A DNA stretch of 61,861 nucleotides, the filler included, from Squatina squatina (taxonomy: Eukaryota), in NCBI GenBank assembly GCA_031763465.1. It is 3 parts of 3 records of this genome, joined end to end, with 100 filler letters (N's around TTAATTAATTAA, not from the genome) between each part and the next. Parts side by side here need not be neighbours in the genome. Positions count along the whole stretch, not along the records: positions 47,647 to 61,861 come from JARFOE010000016.1; 2 more parts are not named here. One strand, 5' to 3'. Below the pieces are notes generated by a model. The model saw only the letters and a list, made by a program, of their open reading frames with translations. It was not told where the DNA came from and did no database searches. The translations under genes and the position numbers were made by a program. This document shows positions 60,621 through 61,861 of the stretch, piece by piece. The stretch's first letter is position 1. Every line of letters begins with the position of its first letter.

Positions 60621-61861
60621 TAAATAGTGTTGGTCACAGTGCAATTTATAAATAAAAATCCCAGTACTCTGTTGGCACCAAAAGGCTAAATATGCCCAGT
60701 GACTAACCTAGCATTTCAAGGCATGTGATTAAACTGTCGCCTGGGAGATTTTAATCCTCAGACTGGCGAGAAGCTTGTAGTAGAGGTCGTGTTATTCAGT
60801 AGAACGTTACCCCAAGTCCCCATCACTCCAGCCCTGTTTTTGTTGCTTAGTATCAGACTCCGGGTTTCTCTGAGACGGCAGTGTATCACAGCTGCAAGGC
60901 CGAGTCAATTGAAGTCTCCCTTTTAGTTGGTTCTTTCAAACTCTCTCTTCTCAAGGTCAAATAAGCCCAGCCTTCGGGCTGTTGGAAAGCACCCATTTGT
61001 GAGACTGGTTTACTCAGCATCTGACTGATCCTTGGACAGACTGCTTCTTCCCTTTCTCTTGATTGAGGTGCAGAGCTTTAAATGGCAGGACTCAGCTGTG
61101 TTATGAGGTACATTAGGCTCATGTTAAGCTAACTCTTCCCACCCCCACCACCTTCCTTGCTCCGTGGCTGCCTGAGTGACTAGTAGATGCGAAGCGTGTG
61201 CTTTTAATGGAGATGTTGAGTCCAGCTTGATGGTGGCTCACAGTTGGGAGTCTTAAACGCTTAGCAGCTGATGTCGAGGCACCACCAGCTGGCTATGTCC
61301 AGACCATGGTGTCTGAGTAAAGCTGAAATGGCATCATTTTGTGTCCCTTGAGGCCCTTGCATTAGGCAGGAAAGCAGCCAGTTGTAAACTGCTGGGGTGT
61401 GGCTGGTCTTAGGCTCCTGGTGCAGTGGGTTGGAGTGATTTGATGTGAGTGTGCATTCGTTGTCAGTGCAGTCGGCGCTGCAATGTGAATCCAAGATGAT
61501 GCAGGCTGGCAGCTCAGCCCACCTGTGGGCAGAAAGAAATGGCGTTTGGCAGTGCTCCTTTAGATGGTTCTGTACCACCTAATTTGCCTTACAGCATTGC
61601 CACCAAAGTCAGGGACAGTAGCCATAGCGCCCTTGGACGGTAAATTAGATTGCTGAGAAAAGAATAAACAGACCCAGGAGAAAGCTTTGAGGAAGAGGAT
61701 GAACCAGGCACTGATTATTAGTAAACCGACTTCGGCCCGGAAAATGTGCGGGAGGTGATCCCTCGTTCAGGTAGCCCTCAGCTCCAGCCCCAGCCCCAGG
61801 AGACAATGCTGGGTTATCCCAACTAATTTTGGGACCTGGCTTATCCAGGCCTCGGTCTCTT

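Noticed and set aside
61261-61578. 105-aa minus-strand ORF with a good acceptor site near 61522
   Set aside because: No recognisable homology, all frames close, weak donor

Overview
This is eukaryotic, AT-rich, CpG-depleted, repeat-dense DNA. The repeat set points to a cartilaginous fish, most likely a shark (inference): CR1 LINEs, Deu-domain SacSINE1-like SINEs, LF-SINE-like and LmeSINE1-like SINEs, and GC-rich Harbinger-type TIR elements. The window is a fragmented scaffold of 0.1-3 kb contigs with more than 40 gaps. Most gaps are exactly 100 N, three are 10 N, two are sized (317 and 570 N), and two contain an artificial TTAATTAATTAA linker, so adjacency across gaps cannot be trusted. I recognise no host protein-coding gene. 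Every ORF I can identify is a decayed transposable element: CR1 ORF1/ORF2, an RTE C-terminus, a second LINE clade, and a hAT Buster/Charlie-type transposase. A possible Harbinger ORF start is less certain. The non-repeat DNA looks intronic or intergenic, with a few weak exon candidates and motif-dense enhancer-like stretches. The most interesting leads are a tRNA-headed element fused at three different points to one LINE family, ancient LF-SINE/LmeSINE-type copies, a young TTAA-flanked DNA transposon end, and the Buster transposase relic. I found no convincing novel multi-gene system. Family names come from recalled motifs, not database searches.
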